DNA of 64,000 bases from NCBI GenBank assembly GCA_036149055.1, contig JAYZQJ010000268.1, positions 1 through 64,000 on the forward strand, given 5' to 3'. The position numbers were made by a program, and so were the translations under genes. Origin of the DNA: Myxococcota bacterium (GTDB lineage: Bacteria > Myxococcota_A > Polyangia > Polyangiales > Sandaracinaceae). Positions 11,590-20,302 of this stretch are shown piece after piece. Within the stretch, counting starts at the first letter, position 1. Each line of letters opens with the position of its first letter. The notes beneath the pieces are model-generated. The model did not search any database. It was not told where the DNA came from and saw only the letters and a list, made by a program, of their open reading frames with translations.

Positions 11590-13086
11590 TCAGGGGCAGG
11601 TCGAGGGGTTGACGCCCGGGACCGTCACCGCGACGGTCTCGCCTCCGGCGTCGGCGCGCCAGGCCTGGATCACGTCCGGGAACGACACCGGCGCGCCGTC
11701 GACCTCGACCCGCACGTCGTAGGTGTGCGGCCCGTCGCTCAGGGTCTCGTGCTTCGCGCACGCGGGCCCGTAGACGCCGGGCGCGCGCTCGATCTCCGCC
11801 GCCTCGTTGGCGGTGCTCGAGAGATCGGCGAGGGCGACGAGCCGCTCGGAGACGAGCTCGGCGAACAGCGCGAGATCCAGCCGCACGTCGCCGCGCTCCG
11901 GGACGGTGAAGCCGCGCTCGACCATGCCGCCGCCGATGAGGCTGTCGGTCAGCCCCATCCGCAGGATGAAGGGCGTGGTGACGTGGTTCTCCACCACGTA
12001 GTCGTTCGACGTGCAGCGGTACCCGTCGGGCGAGCCGGTTCGCGCGTGCCAGGCGAGGCAGCTCTCGTCGAGCGCCGGCGCCCACATCGCCGTCTTGGCG
12101 GCGTCGTCCGCCCGCAGGAACGCCTCGGCCGTGCAGAGCGAGCCCTCGGTGCAGAGGGTGGTGCGGGAGAAGTCGAGGCGGTCCAGCCCCACGCCGAAGA
12201 TGGAGTCGATCAGGCCGAAGACCCGGAGGGGGCAGCCGCTCGCGTCGCAGGCGCCGTTGTGGGCGCGCAGGGTCGCCGCCACCCGATCGAGGTTGTGGAT
12301 GACCCCAGCGCCCCCCGCCGAAGCTCCGGCGAGCACGACCTCGTCGGCGTCGTCGAGGTCGGGCAGGGTCTCCGCGCCCGCCATCACCGGACCGGCCTCG
12401 CCGCGCAGCGAGGACACCACCGCGTCGATGATGGAGGCGCCGTTGAAGGCGGCGCGGTAGCGCACGGGCGTGCCCTCGGTCGGGTGGGTCCCCTCGACCT
12501 CGATCGCGGGCTGGCGTCCGGTCCAGAGATCGGAGCTGCAGTAGTGGACGAAGACGTGGTTCCAGCCCTGGAACGGGTTGGCGGGCTGGTCCGCGAGGAT
12601 CCCGGTCGCCCGGGTGCCGCGCTCCGGCGCGAAGCGCGAGCTGAGCTTGTCGGCGGCGAAGTTGGTGCCCACGCTGCACCACCGCTGCGCGCAGGCGTCC
12701 GCGCTCGAGCACGCGCCGCCGCCCTGGAGCTGGATGACCCAGCGGTCGGCCGCCGAGGGCCGGGTGGCCCGGCGCACGTACATCACCGCGCCCGTGCCGT
12801 CCGCGCACCGCGCCTCCGGGAAGGCGTCCAGATCGAGGTCGACGCGGACGAGGTCCATCCCCGCCGCGGTGGCGCCGGCCCCGCCCGAGCGCGTGCACGA
12901 GGCCAGGGCCTCGTCGATCGGCGCCGCCTCCGCGCCCCCGTCCGGGACGGCCGCGTCGTCGAGGGCCGCGTCCAGCGCGGGCGCCGCGTCGCCCCCCGCG
13001 TCCGCCGGTCCCCCGGCGTCGAGCTCTGCCCCTCCGTCGCACGCGACCAAGGCCGCGAGCGCCGCTCCCCACCAGACGCTTCTCAT
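11590..13086 (-). CDS. pectinacetylesterase/Notum-like alpha/beta hydrolase lipoprotein
   Basis: Lipobox LVAC; CADGT, LQGGGAC, NHVFVHYCSSDLWTG, nucleophile GASAGG. Confidence 0.85.
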   Translation of the reverse strand: MRSVWWGAALAALVACDGGAELDAGGPADAGGDAAPALDAALDDAAVPDGGAEAAPIDEALASCTRSGGAGATAAGMDLVRVDLDLDAFPEARCADGTGAVMYVRRATRPSAADRWVIQLQGGGACSSADACAQRWCSVGTNFAADKLSSRFAPERGTRATGILADQPANPFQGWNHVFVHYCSSDLWTGRQPAIEVEGTHPTEGTPVRYRAAFNGASIIDAVVSSLRGEAGPVMAGAETLPDLDDADEVVLAGASAGGAGVIHNLDRVAATLRAHNGACDASGCPLRVFGLIDSIFGVGLDRLDFSRTTLCTEGSLCTAEAFLRADDAAKTAMWAPALDESCLAWHARTGSPDGYRCTSNDYVVENHVTTPFILRMGLTDSLIGGGMVERGFTVPERGDVRLDLALFAELVSERLVALADLSSTANEAAEIERAPGVYGPACAKHETLSDGPHTYDVRVEVDGAPVSFPDVIQAWRADAGGETVAVTVPGVNPSTCP

Positions 13087-13157
13087 CCCCCGAGGGTACG
13101 GGAGACTCCCCGCCGAGACAGCTTTTCCCCGAGCGCGGAGCGTGCTTAACCTCCCCC

Positions 13158-14027
13158 ATGCGCCTGCTGTGGGTCGCCGCTCTCCTGCTCTCGGGCTGCC
13201 TCGGGCGAGAGGGTCCGGAGCTTCCGCCCGATGTGGGCATGAGTCACCAGGCCCGTCCGGCCAGCGCCGGCTCGGAGCGGCGCGCGCCGCCCGAGAACGA
13301 GGAGCCGGTCGAGATCGGGACGCCGGTCTGGGCCAACTACCACGACACCGGGTTCTTCTTTCACGGCGTGGTCGTCGAGCGGCGCGAGGACGAGCACCGC
13401 GTGATCTACGACGACGGCGGGAGCGAGTGGCTCCAGGCCACCGCGCTGCGCCCCGACGCGCTCGGCGAGGAGGCCCGGGTCCACGTGCGCCGCGGCTACC
13501 AGGACGAGTTCCTCGAGGCGACCGTGCTCCGCCGGCTCGGCGACGCGATCTACGTGCACGCCGCCTCGGGCGAGGCCCGCTGGACCGCCCTCCCCCACGT
13601 CCGCTTCGCCGGCGGCGCCCCGTCGGTCCCGGTCCCGGGCGACGCGCCTCCCGACGCCCCGGCGACGGAAGGCCTCGAGATCGGCGCCCGGGTGCTCGTG
13701 AACTACCAGCACCAGGGCCTCCGCTTCGTCGGCACGGTGACCGCGCTCGGCGACGACGGTCGCTACCACGTGGTCTACCTCGACGGCGAGAGCGGCTGGG
13801 TGGCGGCTCGCGATCTGACGCCCGAGCAGATCGGCGAAGGCGACGTGGTGCACGTGCGCCGCAGCTGGGAGCCGGCGGAGTGGGTGCGCGGCCGGGTGTC
13901 GCGGCGGGTGGGCCCGGCGCTCCGGGTGGAGCTCGACGACGGCGGCGTCGCCTGGACGGCGCTCCTGCGGGTGCGCCTGCCCGAGGCCGCGCCCGCGCCG
14001 GCCGCCGAGCCCGCCCCGGAAGAGTGA
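13158..14027 (+). CDS. lipoprotein with two tandem Tudor/Agenet-like (SH3-fold) pairs
   Basis: Lipobox LSGC; internal duplication IGxxVxxNY..F.GxV..V.Y.DG..W / VHVRR..WTAL..VR. Confidence 0.65.
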   Translation: MRLLWVAALLLSGCLGREGPELPPDVGMSHQARPASAGSERRAPPENEEPVEIGTPVWANYHDTGFFFHGVVVERREDEHRVIYDDGGSEWLQATALRPDALGEEARVHVRRGYQDEFLEATVLRRLGDAIYVHAASGEARWTALPHVRFAGGAPSVPVPGDAPPDAPATEGLEIGARVLVNYQHQGLRFVGTVTALGDDGRYHVVYLDGESGWVAARDLTPEQIGEGDVVHVRRSWEPAEWVRGRVSRRVGPALRVELDDGGVAWTALLRVRLPEAAPAPAAEPAPEE

Positions 14028-14075
14028 CGCTCTCTGCCTCAAGGATCCGGCCCGGCCGCCGATGATCGGGTCACG

Positions 14076-14468
14076 ATGATCGCCTCGGCCACGGACCCCG
14101 CCGCCGCACCGCGCGTGCTCCTCGTGGACGACGACGAGCACGTGGTCCACGCGCTGACCCGGCTGCTCGGCCGGGCGGGCTGGGAGGTCCGCTCGTCGGC
14201 GCGGGCGTTCGGGGTGCTGAACCTGGTGGCGGAGTACAAGCCCCACGTGATCGTGCTCGACGTCGTCATGCCGGGGCTCGACGGCGGGCAGCTCACCGAG
14301 CTGCTCCGCAGCGACCCCGAGCTCGCCGACACCCGGGTGGTGCTGCACTCCGGCATGGACCCGGCCGAGCTCGAGCAGCGCGCTCAGCTCGTGGCCGCCG
14401 ACGGCTTCGTCTCCAAGGGCGGCCGCCCCGCCGATCTGCTCGAGACCCTGCGCCGCTTCGCGGCGTGA
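14076..14468 (+). CDS. single-domain response regulator
   Basis: LLVDDD, phosphoacceptor in LDVVMP, LHSG, FVSK. Confidence 0.92.
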   Translation: MIASATDPAAAPRVLLVDDDEHVVHALTRLLGRAGWEVRSSARAFGVLNLVAEYKPHVIVLDVVMPGLDGGQLTELLRSDPELADTRVVLHSGMDPAELEQRAQLVAADGFVSKGGRPADLLETLRRFAA

Positions 14469-14481
14469 GCCGCGCCCCGGG

Positions 14482-14952
14482 TCACTCGCAGACGCGCTCC
14501 TCCGGCCCGCAGGCGCCGGCCCCGTCGCACTCGCGGCAGCCGCAGGTCTCGGGGATCGAGACCGGCTCGAGCTCCACGACGATCGCGCCGCCGGCGTCCT
14601 CGAGGCGAGTCAGCGTGCAGCCGTAGAGCAGCACGCCGCAGGACGCGTCCCGCACGAGCGCCGAGAGCGCCCAGCGCCCGGACGGCGTCTCTCCGATCGC
14701 CCGGCCCATGCCCTCGGCGATGGGAAAGCTCTGCACGTGGGCCAGGGTGCCGCTCGGCGCGGACGCCGCCGCCTCGGCCGCGGTGGGACACTCGCCGAGC
14801 TCCTTGCGCACGAGCCGCACCTCGACCCGCTCGGCCTCGATCGGGAGCGCCGGCCCGCCGTCCGCGGCCCTGGGGGGCCGAAGCTCCACCGTGAGCGTCT
14901 CCTCGGTGGCGCAGCCGGCCAGCAGGAGCGTGAGCAGCAGCGCGGCTCTCAT
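14482..14952 (-). CDS. hypothetical lipoprotein with Cys-rich tail
   Basis: MRAALLLTLLLAGC lipobox; ATGA overlap with the upstream gene. Confidence 0.75.
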   Translation of the reverse strand: MRAALLLTLLLAGCATEETLTVELRPPRAADGGPALPIEAERVEVRLVRKELGECPTAAEAAASAPSGTLAHVQSFPIAEGMGRAIGETPSGRWALSALVRDASCGVLLYGCTLTRLEDAGGAIVVELEPVSIPETCGCRECDGAGACGPEERVCE

Positions 14953-15689
14953 CGGATCCCCGGCGCGTCGAGCAGGTAGCGGGTGCCGGTGGCGCTCAGG
15001 GCGATCGCGACCGCGACCCCGACGACCACCAGGCCGACCCCCACCCAGAACCACGGGCTCTCGATCGCGGGCGTGTCCTCGCCGGCCGTCGCCTCGGGGG
15101 TCGGCCCCGGCTCCGGCTCCGGCTCGGGCGGCGGCGCGGCGCGGCCCGCCTGCGCGACCAGGTTGCCGTGGGCGTCGAGGGCGCGCACCTCGATCGGGCG
15201 GGCCTCGGCCGGCGGATCGACCTCGCGCGCCTCGCCGTCCCACGAGAGCGTCCGCTCGAAGCCCGCGCCGCGCACCTCGAGCACGCGGACCAGGCCGTCG
15301 GGCGCGTCGGCCACCCTCACCCCGATCGGGGCGTCGTCGCCGCTGATCTCCAGGACCACCCGGGCGGCGCGGGTCGGGCGCGCGTCGATCGCGAGCGTCT
15401 CCGGCAGCGCCAGCGAGGGATCGAGGGCGAGCGCGAAGCGCGCGTGACGGTCCGCGGCGCCGGTCGAGCCGAGCGCGGCCAGCTCCGCGAGCCGGAGGTG
15501 CACCCGCGCGAGCCCGGGCGGCGCCAGGCGACCGCTCTCGAGCGCCGCCCGGTAGAGCCGCTCGGCGTCCTCGTGCCGGCCCTCCTCGAAGGCGGCCTCG
15601 GCCTCCCCGATCGGATCGGCCTGCGCGGCCCCGAGGGCGGCGGGCGCGGCGGTGAGGCAGAGCGCGAGGAGCGCGGTGGCTACTCGCAA
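14949..15689 (-). CDS. secreted TPR-like protein with C-terminal TM segment
   Basis: TTG start overlapping the upstream stop region; signal peptide AQA; ESPWFWVGVG tail typical of myxobacterial TPR proteins. Confidence 0.7.
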   Translation of the reverse strand: MRVATALLALCLTAAPAALGAAQADPIGEAEAAFEEGRHEDAERLYRAALESGRLAPPGLARVHLRLAELAALGSTGAADRHARFALALDPSLALPETLAIDARPTRAARVVLEISGDDAPIGVRVADAPDGLVRVLEVRGAGFERTLSWDGEAREVDPPAEARPIEVRALDAHGNLVAQAGRAAPPPEPEPEPGPTPEATAGEDTPAIESPWFWVGVGLVVVGVAVAIALSATGTRYLLDAPGIR

Positions 15690-15868
15690 CGCCCCTGGAC
15701 GCAGCGCTGGGCGCTGCTGCAGTCGTTGGCGTGCCGGCACTGCTGACAGCGCTGCATCACGCAGTGCTCTCCCTCGCGGCAGTTGTCCTGCTGCTCGCAG
15801 TGGGGGTAGCCGGGGCCACAGCCGATCGCCGCGGTCAGAAACACGAGAGCCGAGATCCATCGTCGCAC
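15680..15868 (-). CDS. small (62 aa) Cys-rich lipoprotein
   Basis: GGAGG RBS then GTG; lipobox AIGC; eight further Cys (YPHC..C..C..C..C..C..C..CE). Confidence 0.7.
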   Translation of the reverse strand: MRRWISALVFLTAAIGCGPGYPHCEQQDNCREGEHCVMQRCQQCRHANDCSSAQRCVQGRCE

Positions 15869-15903
15869 GTCCACCTCCGGAGGCCGGCGGATGCTACCGC
15901 GCC

Positions 15904-16878
15904 TCACGGTTTCAGGACCACCTTCCCCGTGACCTTTCGGTCGGCGAGATCGCGGAGCGCCTGGGCGCCGTCGGCGAGCGGGTAGGCCTTCGAGACCAGA
16001 GGCGACAGCTCGCCCGCCGCGACCCACTGCCCGATCTGGCGGAGCTGCGCGGTCGCCGCCTTCGGCTCGCGGGCCAGGAACGCGCCCCAGAAGACGCCGA
16101 CCACCGCGCAGCCCTTGAGCAGCGTGAGGTTGAGCGGCACCGAGGGGATGTCGCCGGCCGCGAAGCCGACGACGAGGAAGCGCCCGTTCCACGCGGTCGC
16201 GCGGAGCGCCGGCTCCGAGTAGGGGCCGCCCACCGGATCGACCACCACGTCGGCGCCGCCCCCGGTGAGCTCCTTCGCGCGCTTCTTGAGGTCCTCGCGG
16301 GAGTAGTCGATCACCTCGTCGGCGCCGATCGACTTGCAGACCTCGAGCTTCTCCGGGCTCGACGCCGCGGCGACGATCTTGCCCGCGCCCATGCGCTTCG
16401 CCACCTCGATGGCGGCGGTCCCGACGCCCCCCGCGGCCCCGAGCACGAGCACGGTCTCGCCCTCGGCGAGCTTCGCGCGGTCCTGGTAGGCGTGCACCAT
16501 CGTGCCGTAGGTCGTGGTGGTCGCCGCCGCGACGTCGTAGGAGACGCCCTCCGGCATCGGCAGCACCCGGTCCTCGCCGATGAGCATCAGCTCCGCGAAG
16601 CCGCCCCAGATGCCGAGCGCGACCACGTCGTCGCCGGGCTTCACCCGGGTCACGCCCTCGCCGACCGCGCGGACCACGCCCGCGACCTCGCCGCCCGGAG
16701 AGAACGGCGGCTCGGGTTTGAACTGGTAGAGCCCCTGGATGATGAGCAGGTCGGGGAAGTTCACCCCGGCGGCCTTCACCTCGACGAGGACCTGCCCCTT
16801 GCCCACCTGGGGATCGGGGACCTCCTGATAGGCGAGCTTCTCCGGCCCGCCGAGCTCGTTCATCACCAGCGCCTTCAT
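15904..16878 (-). CDS. NADPH:quinone oxidoreductase family (MDR, zeta-crystallin-like)
   Basis: AAGVNFPDLL, PFSPGGEVAG, GAAGGVG, GKVVL. Confidence 0.93.
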   Translation of the reverse strand: MKALVMNELGGPEKLAYQEVPDPQVGKGQVLVEVKAAGVNFPDLLIIQGLYQFKPEPPFSPGGEVAGVVRAVGEGVTRVKPGDDVVALGIWGGFAELMLIGEDRVLPMPEGVSYDVAAATTTTYGTMVHAYQDRAKLAEGETVLVLGAAGGVGTAAIEVAKRMGAGKIVAAASSPEKLEVCKSIGADEVIDYSREDLKKRAKELTGGGADVVVDPVGGPYSEPALRATAWNGRFLVVGFAAGDIPSVPLNLTLLKGCAVVGVFWGAFLAREPKAATAQLRQIGQWVAAGELSPLVSKAYPLADGAQALRDLADRKVTGKVVLKP

Positions 16879-16887
16879 GGGCGCGCA

Positions 16888-17928
16888 TCATAGACGAAGG
16901 CGGCGGCTCGCGCGCCGCGTCCACCGCTCCTCGACCTCGCGGAGCCGCCAGCCGTCGTCGCTCCGCGGCGCCTCGGTCGCGATCACCGTCACCTCGCCCG
17001 AGGGCGGCTCGACGATCACGCGCCCATCGAAGACCAGGATCCGCTCGGCGGGGGTCTCGACCGACACCAGGTCCGCCCCGTCGATCCCGCCGAGCGCCCC
17101 GCTCGCGTCGAGGGTGGGCGGCGCGCGGAGCGAGGGCGGCGCGAGGGCCCCGTCTCCCCCGCGCACGACCGAGCGCGAGCGGGCGTCGTCGCTCGTCGCG
17201 GTGGCCACCGCCCACAGCCCGGCGCCCTCGAGGTCGGGCACGACGAAGCGCCAGGCGCCGGGCGCGAAGAGGAGGAGGCGCCCGTCGACGCTGACCCCGG
17301 GCACGCCCACCACCGCGTCGAGCCCGGCCGGAGGCGCCGGCGCGACGACCTCCACCTCGCGCACCGCCGCGGATTCCTCCAGCCGGGCCGCGCCGCGCTC
17401 GCCGGGCGCGAGCGTGATCGGCTCCGCGATCGCGAAGCCCGACGGCGTGACCTCCTCCCCGTCGATCGTCTCGAGCTGCGCGAAGATCGTGATCTCGCCG
17501 GCCGGCACGGTGAGCTCGCAGCCTCCTTCGCAGGGCACCGGGAGCGCGGCGGCGTCGAGCGCGAGCGGGCCGGCGAGACCGACGTGCACGCGATCGGCCG
17601 CGCCGGGGACCGAGACCTCGACGGTCGCGGTCGGAGGCGTCGTGAGCGTCCGGAGGGGCACGGTGAGCGCCGCCGCCTCGAAGCCGACCCAGCGCTCGGC
17701 GCGGAAGCCCTCCGCCTCCACCCGGACCACGTCACGCGCCGAGAGCCGCACGAAGCCGTCCGCGTCGGTGCGCGCCTCGTCCACCCGAGCGCCCTCGATC
17801 GGAACGCCGTCGGCGTCGACGACGTGCACCTCGAGGTGCTCGCCCGGCGCGCCCCGGGTGCCGCCGCCCTCGATCGGAGCCGAGGTCGACGCGCAGCCGA
17901 CCAAGGAGAGCACCATCATCCACCGCAT
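16888..17928 (-). CDS. hypothetical lipoprotein with carboxypeptidase-regulatory-like beta domain
   Basis: Lipobox LVGC; VVDADGVPIEGARV..TDADG motif. Confidence 0.65.
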   Translation of the reverse strand: MRWMMVLSLVGCASTSAPIEGGGTRGAPGEHLEVHVVDADGVPIEGARVDEARTDADGFVRLSARDVVRVEAEGFRAERWVGFEAAALTVPLRTLTTPPTATVEVSVPGAADRVHVGLAGPLALDAAALPVPCEGGCELTVPAGEITIFAQLETIDGEEVTPSGFAIAEPITLAPGERGAARLEESAAVREVEVVAPAPPAGLDAVVGVPGVSVDGRLLLFAPGAWRFVVPDLEGAGLWAVATATSDDARSRSVVRGGDGALAPPSLRAPPTLDASGALGGIDGADLVSVETPAERILVFDGRVIVEPPSGEVTVIATEAPRSDDGWRLREVEERWTRRASRRLRL

Positions 17929-17947
17929 CGCTGGCATCCTACTCCCC

Positions 17948-20296
17948 GTGACGACGTCGAGCGCGCCGCCGATCTTGACGCCCCTGGTCGGGCGCGCCGG
18001 GCTGCTGTCCGAGGTCCGCGCCTGCGCCGCGCGGCTGGTGACGCTGACCGGTCCCCCCGGCGTGGGCAAGACGCGGCTCGCGCGCGAGCTCTTCGAGGGG
18101 CGCGGAGAGGGCGCCACCTGGGTCGACCTCGGCGGCGCCGTCGCCGAGGACGAGGTCCAGGCGCGGGTCGCCGACGGGCTCGGCCTCCGCCCCAGCTGGC
18201 TCGAGCCGGTGGATCTCGTCGACGAGCTCGGCTGGGCCATCGAAGGGCGCGGCGAGACCTGGGTCGTGCTCGACGAGGCCGAGTCCTGCGTCGACGCGCT
18301 CCGCCGCGTGCTGCCCCGCTGGCTCGCGCTCGCGCCCGAGCTGCGCGCGCTCGTGACCAGCCGGGAGCGGCTGGGGGTGGCCGACGAGGCGCTCTTCGAC
18401 GTCCCGCCGCTCGAGCCCGACGAGGCGGTCGCGCTGCTCCGGGCCAGGAGCGGCCTCGAGACCGGCCTCGAGCCGCTGGCGGCGGCCCTCGACGGAGTCC
18501 CGCTCGCGCTCGAGATCGCGGCCGCGCGCCTGACCCTGCTCTCGCCCGACGCCGCCGCCGAGCGCCTGCCTTCGCTGCTCGACGTGCTGACGGCCCGCGG
18601 CGGCCGCGCGCGCGGGTCGCTCCGGGACACCCTGCAGGGCGCCTGGCTCGCCCTCGATCCGGAGGACCAGCGCGCGCTCGCCCGCTGCGGCGTCTTCGCC
18701 GGCCCGTTCACGGTCGACGCGGCGGAGGCGGTCGTCGGCGAGGGCGCGCTCGACGCGCTCCAGCGCCTCCGCGATCGCTCGCTGGTCGCGCGGCGCGGCG
18801 AGCGCCTCCAGCTCTACGCCCCGATCCGCAGCTTCGCCCGGGAGCAGGACGCGGGCGACGGCGCCGATCGCCACGCCGCCTACTTCGAGGCGCGCGCCGA
18901 GCGGCTCGACGTCTCCTCGCTCGACGAGCTGCGGGCCGCGCACGCCCACCGTCCTTCGCGGCCCCTCGCCCTCGCGCTCGCGCGCCTGCTCGTCCGCCGT
19001 GGGCCGCCCACGGAGGCGCTCGACGCCCTCGAAGATCACGACGGACCGGTCGTCGACGCGCTCCGCGGCCGGGCGCTCGAGACCCTCGGCCGGATCGACG
19101 ACGCGGCCGCCGCCTTCGCCCGCGCCGGGGACCTCGCCGCCCTCGCCAGCGCCGATCTCGCCCGCGGGCGGATCGAGGAGGCCCGCGCTCACGCCCAGCG
19201 CGCGGCCCTGGCCTCGCCCGGAGACCCGCAGGCGCTCCGGGCGCGCGCGCTGGTCGCCCACGCAGAGGGGCGCCTCCCCGACGCCCGGGCCGACTACGGC
19301 GCGGCGCTCGATCGGGCGGCGCCCGGGAGCCGCGAGGCCGCGCGGCTGCGGGCCGACGTCGCCACCGTGCACCTCCAGCAGCGCCGCCTCGCCGAGGCCC
19401 GCGAGGGTCTCGAGGCGGCCATCGCGGCGCTCGACCCGGACGACGCCCCCGTCCCGCTCGCGCTCGCCGAGGGCAACCTCGCGATCCTGCTGCAGGAGCT
19501 CGGTGAGCTCGACCGCGCCGAGGCCCTCTTCCAGCAGGGGATCGCGCGCCTTCGCGAGGTCGGGCACCTCCTCTTCACCGCGCACCTCGTCGCCTACGCG
19601 GGCGCGCTGGCCCACGAGCGCGGAGACACCGGCGTCGCCGCCGAGCGGTACCGCGCCGCGCTCTCCAGCCTGCGCCGGATCGGGGACGCTCGGCTCGTCG
19701 CGGTCACCGCGAGCGCGTTCGGCGCCCTCGAGTGCGCGCGGGGACGGGCCGAGGCCGCCGACGAGCGCTTCGAAGAGGCCGCGCGCGCGGCGGCGGAGAT
19801 CGGCGACCCGGGCGTGGCGCGCACCCTCGCCTTGCATCGCCTGCAGCGACGCCTCCTCGAGAGGGGCGACGTCCACGCCGAGGTGAGCGAGGCGCTCGAC
19901 GCGCTCGACGACGACGTGACGCGCCGCTCGGACGACGCGCGCCTCGCCGTCCGCCTCCTCCGCGGCGCCCTCGGGCACGGCGCCATCGTGCTCACGCCCT
20001 CGGCTCATCGCCTCACGCTCCCCGACGGCGCGGCCGTCGACCTCGGCACCCGCGAGCTGCTCTGGCGTCTCGTCGACGCCTTCGCCGAGGCTCGCCTCGC
20101 GCGCCCCGGCGCCCCCCTCGACGTGCCGCAGCTCATCGAGGCGGGGTGGCCGGGAGAGAAGGTCCTGGCCGAGGCGGCGCCGAACCGCGTCAAAGTCGCG
20201 CTCTCCACGCTGCGCAAGCTCGGCCTCCGTCCCTGGATCCTGCGCGGGGACGGAGGGTGGTTCCTCGATCCCTCCGTCCCGCTGCGCCGCGCCTGA
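17948..20296 (+). CDS. STAND-type (NB-ARC-like) ATPase with TPRs and C-terminal winged HTH
   Basis: LVGR, Walker A GPPGVGKT, VVLDEAE, LVTSRE, LDGVPLALEIAA; TPR-like helices; C-terminal wHTH (LIEAGWPGE..NRVKVALSTLRKLG). Confidence 0.85.
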   Translation: MTTSSAPPILTPLVGRAGLLSEVRACAARLVTLTGPPGVGKTRLARELFEGRGEGATWVDLGGAVAEDEVQARVADGLGLRPSWLEPVDLVDELGWAIEGRGETWVVLDEAESCVDALRRVLPRWLALAPELRALVTSRERLGVADEALFDVPPLEPDEAVALLRARSGLETGLEPLAAALDGVPLALEIAAARLTLLSPDAAAERLPSLLDVLTARGGRARGSLRDTLQGAWLALDPEDQRALARCGVFAGPFTVDAAEAVVGEGALDALQRLRDRSLVARRGERLQLYAPIRSFAREQDAGDGADRHAAYFEARAERLDVSSLDELRAAHAHRPSRPLALALARLLVRRGPPTEALDALEDHDGPVVDALRGRALETLGRIDDAAAAFARAGDLAALASADLARGRIEEARAHAQRAALASPGDPQALRARALVAHAEGRLPDARADYGAALDRAAPGSREAARLRADVATVHLQQRRLAEAREGLEAAIAALDPDDAPVPLALAEGNLAILLQELGELDRAEALFQQGIARLREVGHLLFTAHLVAYAGALAHERGDTGVAAERYRAALSSLRRIGDARLVAVTASAFGALECARGRAEAADERFEEAARAAAEIGDPGVARTLALHRLQRRLLERGDVHAEVSEALDALDDDVTRRSDDARLAVRLLRGALGHGAIVLTPSAHRLTLPDGAAVDLGTRELLWRLVDAFAEARLARPGAPLDVPQLIEAGWPGEKVLAEAAPNRVKVALSTLRKLGLRPWILRGDGGWFLDPSVPLRRA

Positions 20297-20302
20297 CGGC
20301 GG

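Noticed and set aside
16877..17947. N-terminal 357-aa extension of the STAND ORF
   Set aside because: Ser/Ala/Pro-rich antisense reading of the lipoprotein gene; the domain starts at GTG 17948.
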